DNA of 63,577 nucleotides, filler included, from Octopus bimaculoides (GCF_001194135.2; 9 parts of 8 records of this genome joined end to end with filler, not necessarily neighbours in it), one strand, 5' to 3'; positions 23,966-36,920 are shown, counted from the whole stretch's first letter. Program-made: numbers and translations. Notes: generated by a model from the sequence alone, not told the origin.

Positions 23966-24370
23966 AGGTGCAGGAGTGGCTGTGTGGTAAGTAGCTTGCT
24001 TACCAACCACATGGTTCCGGGTTCAGTACCACTGCGTGGCACCTTCGGCAAGTGTCTACTAGAGCCTCGGGCCGACCAAAGCCTTGTGAGTTGATTTGGT
24101 AGACGGAAACTGAAAGAAGCCTGTCGTATATATTTGTAAGTGTGTGTATATGTTTGTGTATCTGTGTTTGCCCTCCCCACTCCAACATCGCTTGACAAGC
24201 GATGGTGGTGTGCTAACGTCCCCGTAACTTAGCAGTTCGGCAAAAGAGACCGATAGAATAAGTACTAGGCTTGCAAAGAATAAGTCCTGGGATCGATTTG
24301 CTCGACTAAAGGCAGTGCTCCAGCATGGCCGCCGTCAAATGACTGAAACAAGTAAAAGAGTAAAGAGTAC
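23966..24370 (+). mobile_element. Full-length family A CORE-type SINE (reference copy in this window)
   Basis: A box TGGCTGTGTGG, B box GGTTCAGTACC, CORE-like GCACCTTCGGCAAGTGTC, internal TA/TG tract and (GTAAAAGA) tail. A CORE-SINE (OR2) has been described from octopus; exact family identity not verified. Confidence 0.9.
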
Positions 24371-24371
24371 T

Positions 24372-24671
24372 CGTGGTAGAATCAAATTCATTTCCACCAG
24401 GTTTTTTTATTACCATTTACTCTTTTAAATAACATTATCTTTAAATATAACAAAGACATTTTTAAATGATGGTCTGACAGTCTGCCAAGCAAATGGGAAG
24501 CAGTAATTGAAGTAGATGGTGAATATGCTCCGGAATAATCATTTAATGTTTTTGTTACATGTTGTTATTGATTTTGTTGAATAGAATTTGTTGAAAAAAA
24601 AGCCAGAATAATTATGCACCAACCCAATATATATATATATATATATGTATATATTATGCACCAACCCAATA
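24372..24671 (+). mobile_element. mariner 3' fragment with right TIR, plus a locally duplicated TIR piece
   Basis: ...YHLLF...LPSKWEAVIEVDGEYAPE*; TIR AATAATTATGCACCAACCCAATA|TA at 24607-24629, partly repeated at 24654-24671. Confidence 0.7.
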
Positions 24672-24679
24672 TATATATA

Positions 24680-24724
<45 letters not shown>

Positions 24725-25231
24725 AGGGTTGAAAAGAAAGAACACGACAAAGAGAAAAATTAGTCGAGAACACAGCAATACANNNNNNNNNNNNNNNNNN
24801 NNNNNNNNNNNNNNNNNNNNNNNNNNNNNNNNNNNNNNNNNNNNNNNNNNNNNNNNNNNNNNNNNNNNNNNNNNNNNNNNNNNNNNNNNNNNNNNNNNNN
24901 NNNNNNNNNNNNNNNNNNNNNNNNNNNNNNNNNNNNNNNNNNNNNNNNNNNNNNNNNNNNNNNNNNNNNNNNNNNNNNNNNNNNNNNNNNNNNNNNNNNN
25001 NNNNNNNNNNNNNNNNNNNNNNNNNNNNNNNNNNNNNNNNNNNNNNNNNNNNNNNNNNNNNNNNNNNNNNNNNNNNNNNNNNNNNNNNNNNNNNNNNNNN
25101 NNNNNNNNNNNNNNNNNNNNNNNNNNNNNNNNNNNNNNNNNNNNNNNNNNNNNNNNNNNNNNNNNNNNNNNNNNNNNNNNNNNNNNNNNNNNNNNNNNNN
25201 NNNNNNNCGCACACACACACACACACATATA

Positions 25232-25465
25232 CGGCGGTGAGCTGGCAGAAACGTTAGCACGCCGGGCGAAATGCTTAGCGGTATTTCGTCTGCCGGTTAC
25301 ATTCTGAGTTCAAATTCCGCCGAGGTCGACTTTGCCTTTCATCCTTTCGGGGTCGATTAAATAAGTACCAGTTATGCACTGGGGTCGATATAATCGACTT
25401 AATCCATTTGTCTGTCCTTGTTTGTCCCCTTTATGTTTAGCCCCCTGTGGGCAATAAAGAAATAA
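25232..25465 (+). mobile_element. tRNA-derived SINE family C, full length
   Basis: GGCGGTGAGCTGGCAGAAACGTTAGC...GAGTTCAAATTCC (B box)...CTTTCATCCTTTCGGGGTCGATTAAATAAGTACC...GGGCAATAAAGAAATAA. Confidence 0.9.
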
Positions 25466-25693
25466 CACATACGTTCAGATTTGCCTCTCGTAGGTATTTC
25501 CCATTGATAACACCTAAAGAGCTAGAAACATCGACGTCTGGGAATCCTGATAGATGGCGACACTGGACAGATATGGTATTTTTACAGTTTTTTACCATAA
25601 GAGGAAATATTCTCCTCGGTAACTGCAGTGCATTTGCCTTTTAGCGGTTGAAATATGGCACAACTATATTTTAACAAACCTAAACTTTACATA

Positions 25694-25724
<31 letters not shown>

Positions 25725-25725
<1 letters not shown>

Positions 25726-26035
25726 ACACAGAATGGGACAAGAACGCAAAACATCCAGACAGTTATGTGATACAAGAAAGGCACAAAACATGCAGATAGA
25801 TGATACGAAGAAAACACGGAGAGGTCATTCGGAGTTTTCTTTCTTTAGTCGAGATCCAGATTATCCTTGCAATTTCGGCTGGTTATTCTCGATATTGCTC
25901 CAATCTGGCCAGCCCCAAGCAAAAACTAAGCTAAGAGCATTAGATTCCTTGGAAGAAAGCAGCGAATGTATACAAAATCAAGGACGGAAAAAAACGAACA
26001 ATGTTACACAATTACAATAAAAATAATAACAGGAT
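25725..26035. mobile_element. Repeat family F, copy 1 (probable Penelope-like terminal fragment inserted in (TA)n); copy 2 at 29272-29482
   Basis: The two copies align over about 210 bp at roughly 80% identity; both abut TA/CA microsatellites. Confidence 0.65.
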
Positions 26036-26892
26036 ATACATATATATATATATATANNNNNNNNNNNNNNNNNNNNNNNNNNNNNNNNNNNNNNNNNNNN
26101 NNNNNNNNNNNNNNNNNNNNNNNNNNNNNNNNNNNNNNNNNNNNNNNNNNNNNNNNNNNNNNNNNNNNNNNNNNNNNNNNNNNNNNNNNNNNNNNNNNNN
26201 NNNNNNNNNNNNNNNNNNNNNNNNNNNNNNNNNNNNNNNNNNNNNNNNNNNNNNNNNNNNNNNNNNNNNNNNNNNNNNNNNNNNNNNNNNNNNNNNNNNN
26301 NNNNNNNNNNNNNNNNNNNNNNNNNNNNNNNNNNNNNNNNNNNNNNNNNNNNNNNNNNNNNNNNNNNNNNNNNNNNNNNNNNNNNNNNNNNNNNNNNNNN
26401 NNNNNNNNNNNNNNNNNNNNNNNNNNNNNNNNNNNNNNNNNNNNNNNNNNNNNNNNNNNNNNNNNNNNNNNNNNNNNNNNNNNNNNNNNNNNNNNNNNNN
26501 NNNNNNNNNNNNNNNNNNNNNNNNNNNNNNNNNNNNNNNNNNNNNNNNNNNNNNNNNNNNNNNNNNNNNNNNNNNNNNNNNNNNNNNNNNNNNNNNNNNN
26601 NNNNNNNNNNNNNNNNNNNNNNNNNNNNNNNNNNNNNNNNNNNNNNNNNNNNNNNNNNNNNNNNNNNNNNNNNNNNNNNNNNNNNNNNNNNNNNNNNNNN
26701 NNNNNNNNNNNNNNNNNNNNNNNNNNNNNNNNNNNNNNNNNNNNNNNNNNNNNNNNNNNNNNNNNNNNNNNNNNNNNNNNNNNNNNNNNNNNNNNNNNNN
26801 NNNNNNNNNNNNNNNNNNNNNNNNNNNNNNNNNNNNNNNNNNNNNNNNNNNNNNNNNNNNNNNNNNNNNNNNNNNNNNNNNNNNNNNNNNNN

Positions 26893-27196
26893 CCTGCTCG
26901 TGAAATTAATGTGCAAGTGACTGAGCACTCCACAAACACGTGTACCCTTAACGTAGTTCTCGGGGATATTCAGTGTGACAAGGCTGGCCCCTTTGAATTG
27001 CAGGCACAACAGAAACAGGAAGTGAGAGAAAGTTGTGGTGAAAGAGTACAGCAGGGTTCGCCACCATCCCCAACCGGAGCCTTGTGGAGCTTTAGGTGTT
27101 TTCGCTCAATAAACGCTCACAACGCCTGGTCTGGGAATCGAAACCGCGATCCTATGACCGCGAATCCGCTGCCTTAACCACTGGGCCATTGCGCCT
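26893..27196 (-). mobile_element. SINE family B
   Basis: Reverse complement of the family B head and body. Confidence 0.9.
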
Positions 27197-27807
27197 CCAC
27201 GAAAGACAAAAGACAGTCACACTAAAGTGCAAGACATATCCTGGGGTCAATCGCCTGATTTCGGAATCTTGCTGGCATTTCTTAAAGAAAGGGATTAAGA
27301 TTCAACTAAGAAGCTCGAACAAATCCATTCAGTACTAGATGCACTTTAAGGGTGGATGAGAAAGTAGACCCGTTCACTGACGGCATCACTATGGAAAATA
27401 GGGACACCCAAGGATTACCATCCTTGAATGAGATAACGATGGAACCAATACAAATATTGTAATACCACATAAATACTATAGTTGTGGCGATACGTGGTGC
27501 GGTGGTGCAACGGGCCAGATGGAAGTCGAAAGAAGATGATGACGAAGATGATGGTAATGATGATGATGATGATGATGGTGATGATGTGGTTCGAGTTTGA
27601 CAACCGTTAATAATTATCTTTACATGAAGCAGATTATGAAAGCTAAGAGTATTTTTTGTATAGTTACGGTTTTTCTTGTGCTATTTTCTCGGTTAAACAG
27701 CGGAAATTGACGAGGGATACCGATCCGGAAATCGACGCTTCAGTTATGTCTGCCATCTTGTCGAGAACTTGGGAGTAAATTTCAAGCAATCATTTCTCAG
27801 CAAGACT

Positions 27808-27845
<38 letters not shown>

Positions 27846-28324
27846 TGAACAAATATCATCAATAAATCTGTAATTAATTTTCATTCACACACTTAATACT
27901 ACATATGTACAAACACATTTACGTCTTTAAATACATGTATAAATACACACACACACTAGCACAAAGATGTGTGTGTGTATGCATCTGTGTGAGTGTGCAT
28001 GTTATATATATATATATATATATACATATATAAACATAAACAGAGAGAGAGAACGAGATGGAGTTTGGTCAAATTAAGTTTTCTATCATAATTATAAAAT
28101 AAAACGAAAAAAAAACCACAAGCCATCGTAGCAATACGTCTATTAATGGCCGGGCTTTTTCCTCCGCTCTCCAACCAAGAATACCACACGGACTTATAAA
28201 TAGATGCGTTCTAAGGAGGTCGGTGTAACAAGGAAGCCGTTACCCAGTGAGTATTGTATCCAGACGTAAATATAGGGAATTCAGAGGTCTCTGAGTGTAA
28301 TGATTCCGTGGTCCACGATGTGTC

Positions 28325-28410
28325 TGTTATACCAGTAATCATACCAACAGTCGTGCTGCTGTTTGATTGGACACTCAGTGAAGTCCGTACCATTGACGTT
28401 AAAATCCAAA
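28325..28410 (+). mobile_element. Small R4/Dong-like LINE remnant, followed by a partial family C SINE (28430-28570)
   Basis: IPVIIPTVVLLFDWTLSEVRTIDVKI resembles LLDWTLDEIRAIDVKT at 50515. Confidence 0.55.
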
Positions 28411-29245
28411 ACTTATTATTGTTGTATTTCGTGTGCCGCTACATTCTGAATTCAAATTCCACCGAGGTCGACTTTGCCTTTCATCCTTTCGGAGTCGATT
28501 AGATAAGTACCAGTTATGCACTAGGGTTGATGTAATCGACTTAATCTCCTCCCCCAAGCTGCCCTTGTGGAAAAAAATTTGAAATCATTATTATTATTAT
28601 ATCCTTCAACATGGACGGCGACCAAGGACATCACATGGGAGAAACCGACGGGGCACGGTGNNNNNNNNNNNNNNNNNNNNNNNNNNNNNNNNNNNNNNNN
28701 NNNNNNNNNNNNNNNNNNNNNNNNNNNNNNNNNNNNNNNNNNNNNNNNNNNNNNNNNNNNNNNNNNNNNNNNNNNNNNNNNNNNNNNNNNNNNNNNNNNN
28801 NNNNNNNNNNNNNNNNNNNNNNNNNNNNNNNNNNNNNNNNNNNNNNNNNNNNNNNNNNNNNNNNNNNNNNNNNNNNNNNNNNNNNNNNNNNNNNNNNNNN
28901 NNNNNNNNNNNNNNNNNNNNNNNNNNNNNNNNNNNNNNNNNNNNNNNNNNNNNNNNNNNNNNNNNNNNNNNNNNNNNNNNNNNNNNNNNNNNNNNNNNNN
29001 NNNNNNNNNNNNNNNNNNNNNNNNNNNNNNNNNNNNNNNNNNNNNNNNNNNNNNNNNNNNNNNNNNNNNNNNNNNNNNNNNNNNNNNNNNNNNNNNNNNN
29101 NNNNNNNNNNNNNNNNNNNNNNNNNNNNNNNNNNNNNNNNNNNNNNNNNNNNNNNNNNNNNNNNNNNNNNNNNNNNNNNNNNNNNNNNNNNNNNNNNNNN
29201 NNNNNNNNNNNNNNNNNNNNNNNNNNNNNNNNNNNNNNNNNNNNN

Positions 29246-29276
<31 letters not shown>

Positions 29277-29479
29277 ACAGAATTGGACAAGGACGCAAAA
29301 CATCCAGACAGTTAGGTGATACAAGAAAGGGACAAAACATACAGTTAGACGATACAAAGAAAACATGGACAGGTCATTTGGAGTTTTCTCTCTTCCGTCG
29401 AGATCTAGATTATCCTTGCAATTTCGGCTGATTATTCTCGATATTGCTCCAATCTGGTCAGCCCCATGGAAAAACTAAG

Positions 29480-29511
<32 letters not shown>

Positions 29512-29521
29512 NNNNNNNNNN

Positions 29522-29905
29522 CAGTGAGGCGCAATGGCCCAGTGGTTAGGGCAGCGGACTCACGGTCGTACAATCGCGGTTTCGATTCCCAGACCGAGTG
29601 TTGTGAGTGTTTATTGAGCGAAAACACCTAAAGCTCCACGAGGCTCCGGCAGCGGGTGGTGGCGAATCCTGCTGTACTCTTTCACCGCAATTTTCTCTCG
29701 CTCTTTCTTCCTATTTCTGTTGCACCTGTATTTCAAAGGGGCAGCCTTGTCACACACTGTGTCACGCTGAATCTCCCCCGAGAACTACGTTAAGGGTACA
29801 CGTGTCTTTGGAGTGCTCAGCCACTTGCACGTTAATTTCACGAGCAGGCTGTTCCGTTGATCGGATCAACTGGAACCCTTGTCGTCGTAATCAACGGACT
29901 GCCAA
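29522..29905 (+). mobile_element. SINE family B, full length
   Basis: Complete head, body and tail. Confidence 0.9.
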
Positions 29906-30048
29906 GCGATACACACACACACACACACAGAGATTGGAAGATAAAATATGGTTCTCTGAGGATACTACCCAAACCGCTTCACATCAAATGTCCATTCCCA
30001 GAGGACTATACAGAATACTAGAACTTCCCCTTCTTTTCTGGTTTCTCC

Positions 30049-30146
30049 TCAGCAGTTTAAAATGAATATCAACGCCGTTGTATTTTCGTTCCTGTAGAGA
30101 GATTCTATGCACACGGCACCCTCCCATGCCGAACGGCAGACACAGC
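30049..30146 (-). CDS. Possible terminal exon with an EGF-like C-x-C-x5-G-x2-C motif
   Basis: Acceptor ttttaaaatgcAG, phase 1, translating to CVCRSAWEGAVCIESLYRNENTTALIFILNC*. No partner exon identified. Confidence 0.3.
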
Positions 30147-30259
30147 CTGCATTTTAAAACATAAACGAAATATACTGTGCAGCCAAACCACCATTTAGTC
30201 TTGCGTTGTATTATGTATGGCTAAATAAATGCATAAATGTATATGCAGTAGACTCACGT

Positions 30260-30292
<33 letters not shown>

Positions 30293-30493
30293 CACATACC
30301 TACATATACACAAACACATATACACACATATATGTATATATATAATATAAATATGTACATATATACATACATAGCAAATATATACACACATATATATATA
30401 CATGCATAAGTACATATGTATATATATGCTTATATATATATACACACATACATACATATACGTAGATTGATAAATACATACTTACATACACAG

Positions 30494-30535
<42 letters not shown>

Positions 30536-31725
30536 CTAAAGATAGATAGATAGATAAAGATAGATAGCTAAAGATAGATAGGTAGATAGATAGCTAAAGN
30601 NNNNNNNNNNNNNNNNNNNNNNNNNNNNNNNNNNNNNNNNNNNTTAATTAATTAANNNNNNNNNNNNNNNNNNNNNNNNNNNNNNNNNNNNNNNNNNNNC
30701 CCCTTTGCAAACAAAACAAAACAAAACAAAACAAAACAGACCCCATCCAAACCGAAAACAAACCAGCGACGACAACAACTTTAAATCCAAGTTATCCACT
30801 ATGATACATCGTTCAGATCCCACATAGAAAACCCCTTTTTTTTTTTACTTCACTCTCTCAACATATTAGGATATTTCTCTCTTTTCTAGAATCTTGCCCA
30901 CAACTTTTCAACCACAAACCCATAAAACAGAAGCAACAACCCTTTCCTTCGCTATAAAACAGAGAGGAATGCTTCCCTTTCTTTACTCCGCCGCCATCTT
31001 TTCTATCGTCTGCAAATGAAGAAAGTTGGTGGCCATTATATGTATTTCTTTTGGTGTGCTATGCATGTGATTTGCATATATGTGTGTTTGTGTATGTGCT
31101 TCAGTGTGTTTATGTGTGTGCTTGTGTGAGTGGATACATCTCTGTATGAGTGGATGTTTCTGTGTGAGTGCATGCATGTGCGCGTGTGTTTTTGTGTGTG
31201 TTTGTGTTTGTGTGTGTGTGTGTATGAAGTCTGTATGAATTCGTTTGTGTTTGAGTGTATGATTGTATGCGTGTATGTATGTGTGTCTGTCTGTATGTAT
31301 GTGTGTGTTTGTGTCTATATGTCAATGTAACCCATGTGGACGCAGTGTAGTCGAATGGCTAAGAATTTCACTTACACATACATACACACACGCGCGCGTG
31401 CACGCTCTCAAATTCAAATACGATCGCACAAAAACACATACACATCCACACACAAACATACATGCACACATACACTCACGCACACATACACAGACACCCA
31501 CACAGATAAGTATGCACTCACAAACATGCTCACAACGCACAGAAACACGCATACACACACATACATAAGCACACACAAATCACGAAGTCTTGGGTTCGCA
31601 CGCTGTGCGATGCATTTTTCCATTCCGCCTGGTTGACCGCAACTTTGTGATTGAAACTGAGTAGACAGAAACTGTGCTGAATCCTGGAAGCTGTGTCGGG
31701 CGTGTGAACTGAAGCAAGGCGAAAT

Positions 31726-32050
31726 AAATATTAGACCAGGTTTAAAGAATGATAGTTTGACGAATTAACGAAGAAGTCTCTACATAGGAAATCTCGCACA
31801 AAATCAAACCCAATCATTTTTATTTTGCAGGACATATTAAACGCTGTCGTTGCTAATGTCATATAACTTAGCAGTTCAAGAAAAAGATAATGATAAAATA
31901 AAGTTCCAGACTTAAAAATAAGCACTGGTGTCGATATGATAGACTGAAGCACACTCAGGTGGTGCCCCAGTATGGCCGCAGTCAAGGGACTCGAACAAAT
32001 AAAAAAGTAATACAGTATAAATTGAGTGCATTCTTTACATCTTGACTGTT
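31726..32050 (+). repeat. About 320-bp local duplication, copy 1 (copy 2 at 33561-33890)
   Basis: The first 80 bp are identical and the remainder is roughly 85-90% identical; includes a decayed family A tail. Confidence 0.85.
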
Positions 32051-35000
32051 TTGTGCAAGGACGCAACGGGCCGCCGGTTATCGAACTCATGATCTTACGA
32101 TCCGGAGCTGTCTACACTAACCACTAAACCACGCGCCTTCACTCAATAATGACATAAATTATTCATAAAGGAAGCGCTGCAAGATTTATGTTTCTCTTCA
32201 TTTTGTCATTGAATTCTCCATTATTCTATGTTTTTCTTCTGTATTCTTTCACAAAAGTCCAATGTTTATATGCTAAGATTTACATCAACAACAAGAAATA
32301 CCAGCATTATTCATAATGATTATTGCCAGTCTAAAATTCTGCACAGGAAACATCTATAACAGGGAGAAACAGCTGGATTTACTAACAACGTTTAAAGCTG
32401 ATAAAAGGATGGGATTTGACCCAAGGAAATATCTGTACATAAACATAATCGTTTAAAGTTTGGAAAGGTGCTTGCCAAACCTTAAACAATTGCTTCAGCA
32501 GGTCTTTCGTTGCTCCTTGTTCTACACAACTATTTGTAAAAGTACCTGAGGCACGGATGAAAAAGGTGATGTAGATAAAGGGATAGATAGACAAATATAT
32601 ATATATATNNNNNNNNNNNNNNNNNNNNNNNNNNNNNNNNNNNNNNNNNNNNNNNNNNNNNNNNNNNNNNNNNNNNNNNNNNNNNNNNNNNNNNNNNNNN
32701 NNNNNNNNNNNNNNNNNNNNNNNNNNNNNNNNNNNNNNNNNNNNNNNNNNNNNNNNNNNNNNNNNNNNNNNNNNNNNNNNNNNNNNNNNNNNNNNNNNNN
32801 NNNNNNNNNNNNNNNNNNNNNNNNNNNNNNNNNNNNNNNNNNNNNNNNNNNNNNNNNNNNNNNNNNNNNNNNNNNNNNNNNNNNNNNNNNNNNNNNNNNN
32901 NNNNNNNNNNNNNNNNNNNNNNNNNNNNNNNNNNNNNNNNNNNNNNNNNNNNNNNNNNNNNNNNNNNNNNNNNNNNNNNNNNNNNNNNNNNNNNNNNNNN
33001 NNNNNNNNNNNNNNNNNNNNNNNNNNNNNNNNNNNNNNNNNNNNNNNNNNNNNNNNNNNNNNNNNNNNNNNNNNNNNNNNNNNNNNNNNNNNNNNNNNNN
33101 NNNNNNNNNNNNNNNNNNNNNNNNNNNNNNNNNNNNNNNNNNNNNNNNNNNNNNNNNNNNNNNNNNNNNNNNNNNNNNNNNNNNNNNNNNNNNNNNNNNN
33201 NNNNNNNNNNNNNNNNNNNNNNNNNNNNNNNNNNNNNNNNNNNNNNNNNNNNNNNNNNNNNNNNNNNNNNNNNNNNNNNNNNNNNNNNNNNNNNNNNNNN
33301 NNNNNNNNNNNNNNNNNNNNNNNNNNNNNNNNNNNNNNNNNNNNNNNNNNNNNNNNNNNNNNNNNNNNNNNNNNNNNNNNNNNNNNNNNNNNNNNNNNNN
33401 NNNNNNNNNNNNNNNNNNCATAACCAAGTATTGGTGAAAATTCACGCTGCAAAGACGTGAATAGAGAGACAGATTAAAAGAGAGAATATATGAGACAGAG
33501 GGAGTGAAACAGAGAGAGGAAGGCAGAGATAGAGAGAGAGAGAGAGAGAGTAACCAGAGAATATTAGACCAGGTTTAAAGAATGATAGTTTGACGAATTA
33601 ACGAAGAAGTCTCTACATAGGAAATCTCGCACAAAATCAAACTCAACCATTTATATTTTGCAGGACATATTAAACGCTGTCGTTGATAATGTCATATAAC
33701 TTAGCAATTCAAGAAAAAGATAATGATAAAATAACGTTTCAGACTTAAAAATGAACAATGGTGTCGATATGATTGACTGAGGCACATCCAGATGGTGCCC
33801 CAGTATGGTCGCAGTCAAGTGACTGGAGCAAATAAAAAAGTAATACAGTATGGATTGAGTGCATTCTTTACATCTTGATTGTCTTCGTACACAGGCTCTA
33901 GCTTGGCTGTTTGGTACGGAGCTTGCTTCCCAACTGCATGGTTCCGAGTTCAGTCCCACTGCGTGGCACCTTGGGGCAATTGTCTTCTACTACACCCCTG
34001 GGTCGACCAAAGCCTTGTGTATGGATTTGGTAGACGGAAAATAAAAGCCTAGAAAGAGAATATTTAACCAATCGCTATTTAAAGCAAGCACAAACCAGGA
34101 TGTAACTGTAATGCTTAGACTAGTTTGCATACGATGCGTTTTTCAGCGGCATAATGAAATAATCAGTAGGTGTTTGTATGTATATACGTGAGCATGCATA
34201 TGTGTATATCGATGTATGTTTGTGTGTATGTATGCACAATCGCATTTATGCGTGTATGTGCTACGGNNNNNNNNNNNNNNNNNNNNNNNNNNNNNNNNNN
34301 NNNNNNNNNNNNNNNNNNNNNNNNNNNNNNNNNNNNNNNNNNNNNNNNNNNNNNNNNNNNNNNNNNNNNNNNNNNNNNNNNNNNNNNNNNNNNNNNNNNN
34401 NNNNNNNNNNNNNNNNNNNNNNNNNNNNNNNNNNNNNNNNNNNNNNNNNNNNNNNNNNNNNNNNNNNNNNNNNNNNNNNNNNNNNNNNNNNNNNNNNNNN
34501 NNNNNNNNNNNNNNNNNNNNNNNNNNNNNNNNNNNNNNNNNNNNNNNNNNNNNNNNNNNNNNNNNNNNNNNNNNNNNNNNNNNNNNNNNNNNNNNNNNNN
34601 NNNNNNNNNNNNNNNNNNNNNNNNNNNNNNNNNNNNNNNNNNNNNNNNNNNNNNNNNNNNNNNNNNNNNNNNNNNNNNNNNNNNNNNNNNNNNNNNNNNN
34701 NNNNNNNNNNNNNNNNNNNNNNNNNNNNNNNNNNNNNNNNNNNNNNNNNNNNNNNNNNNNNNNNNNNNNNNNNNNNNNNNNNNNNNNNNNNNNNNNNNNN
34801 NNNNNNNNNNNNNNNNNNNNNNNNNNNNNNNNNNNNNNNNNNNNNNNNNNNNNNNNNNNNNNNNNNNNNNNNNNNNNNNNNNNNNNNNNNNNNNNNNNNN
34901 NNNNNNNNNNNNNNNNNNNNNNNNNNNNNNNNNNNNNNNNNNNNNNNNNNNNNNATATATATGCACACAGGCATGCATAAATATCGTACGTTGGCATAGT

Positions 35001-35828
35001 AATGCTCTTATACTGTCAACAGTATAGCGGTGTCCTGGACTAATGTATTTACTGTCGGCATTCGCTCATCGAAAATAGATCCCTGCATTTGATGGGACGC
35101 TTGAAACGTGAAGTATGAGAACGGACGACAAATGCACGAAGATTTGGAGTGGATGATAGAAAATTCTCGATTCTTTAAATTTAATAATAACAATAATAAT
35201 AAAAAAAAGCAAAATAATATTTTAAAAAATCATGTAAAGGAGACAGAAGCTGCTTACCCCACACACATAAATATATATCCGTGACTATGACGCGAGTGTG
35301 TGCATATTTGCTTGTGTCAATGCGAGATTATATTCTCAGGAACATTGCTGTGTGTGTTTCGATTGTGATGTGCTCCGCATGCAAAAATAGATCCGGTTTT
35401 GATGGCTGAATATAGCAGACATGTAATGGTTATTGCTGTTGTTGTTATTGTTGTTGTTATTGTTATAGATGGTGGTACAGGTGGTAGTGGTGGTGGTAGA
35501 GGTGAACAGAGGCTAGGTAAAATTTTTTGACTGATATTGTATTCGACAAATACGAATATTAAAAACTACAACGCAAGTACATACATACATAGACATAGAT
35601 AGATAGACACTTACATACATATATACATACATGGATGCATACATATATATACATACATACATACATACATACATACATACTCACATATAAATTTTAGCGT
35701 TTACATATACCAGGATGTGTGAGCGTGTGTGCGTATGTGTATGGTGTGTTATAAAAAAACATGAAACCAGATTTTCTTCATAACTTCCTCCATATGTGTG
35801 TTTGTCAGATATTCTCTCTCTTTCTCTG

Positions 35829-35872
<44 letters not shown>

Positions 35873-36185
35873 NNNNNNNNNNNNNNNNNNNNNNNNNNNN
35901 NNNNNNNNNNNNNNNNTTAATTAATTAANNNNNNNNNNNNNNNNNNNNNNNNNNNNNNNNNNNNNNNNNNNNTGGGGTATAGAATATGGAATATACAATA
36001 TATATTATAATATACAATATGTAATATAAAATAAAATAAAATTAAAACGGATGGCGCCATGAAATAAAGTATTGAATGTAGATGAAATATTGAGTGTTCA
36101 ATATAAAGGATCAAATATATAAATATAAATATATAAAGGCGAATCGAGTTTCAGGGCTATTTCCCTTCGTCATGGCTGGTAGGAC

Positions 36186-36222
<37 letters not shown>

Positions 36223-36504
36223 CTAGGAAGAAGGGGAGATAATAAAGTAGTGGTGATCCCGAAACGAAGGTGTACGTGCGTGTATGTGCTTGTTGGAAGG
36301 GGCTGGTGACCTTGGCGTGTACGTGTGTGCATGTATAGGTGTGTGGATGATGGTGTAGGTGCTGGGAAGGGGTCAGTGCTAGTGTGTGCGGGGTGGTGTG
36401 ATGTGATGTGGGGTGATATGTTGGTGTGTAGTGTAGTGGTGTGGTGATGTGTGGAGTGGTGTGGTTGTCTAAGGGATGGGGTGGGTGGGATGGGATATGT
36501 AGGG

Positions 36505-36760
36505 ACGTATGCTATTATTTTAAACTGTCGTATTTGGCCAAATGCATCCTTTCCAATTATTAATTTTGCTGGCAATAGCCAGTTCTTTTGGTCAAACTAT
36601 CGTATCTCCAGCTGCTTTAGATGCCAAGGTATGAAAGTTGTACAACGGTTCAGCATTTTTCAGAAGTGCAATAAATCCCATATACGACACTTTTGCAAAA
36701 ATATTTCTGACTGAAAATATCATACATGCATTATGTTACGATTTTATGCACCCAACAATG
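36505..36760 (+). mobile_element. Internally deleted mariner derivative (MITE)
   Basis: Mariner-like 5' leader ending in a (C)NKSHIRH start motif, followed by a TIR-like TTTTATGCACCCAACAA..TA. Confidence 0.45.
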
Positions 36761-36876
36761 TATTATTGTTAAGCTGAAACTGTTGCTAATGTAAAAAGAA
36801 ATGGATTGGTGAAACTACTTTTTCGTTTTCTGAAAAAACAACGTTTTGGAATTACGGCACTTTTGCATAAAAGCAG

Positions 36877-36920
<44 letters not shown>

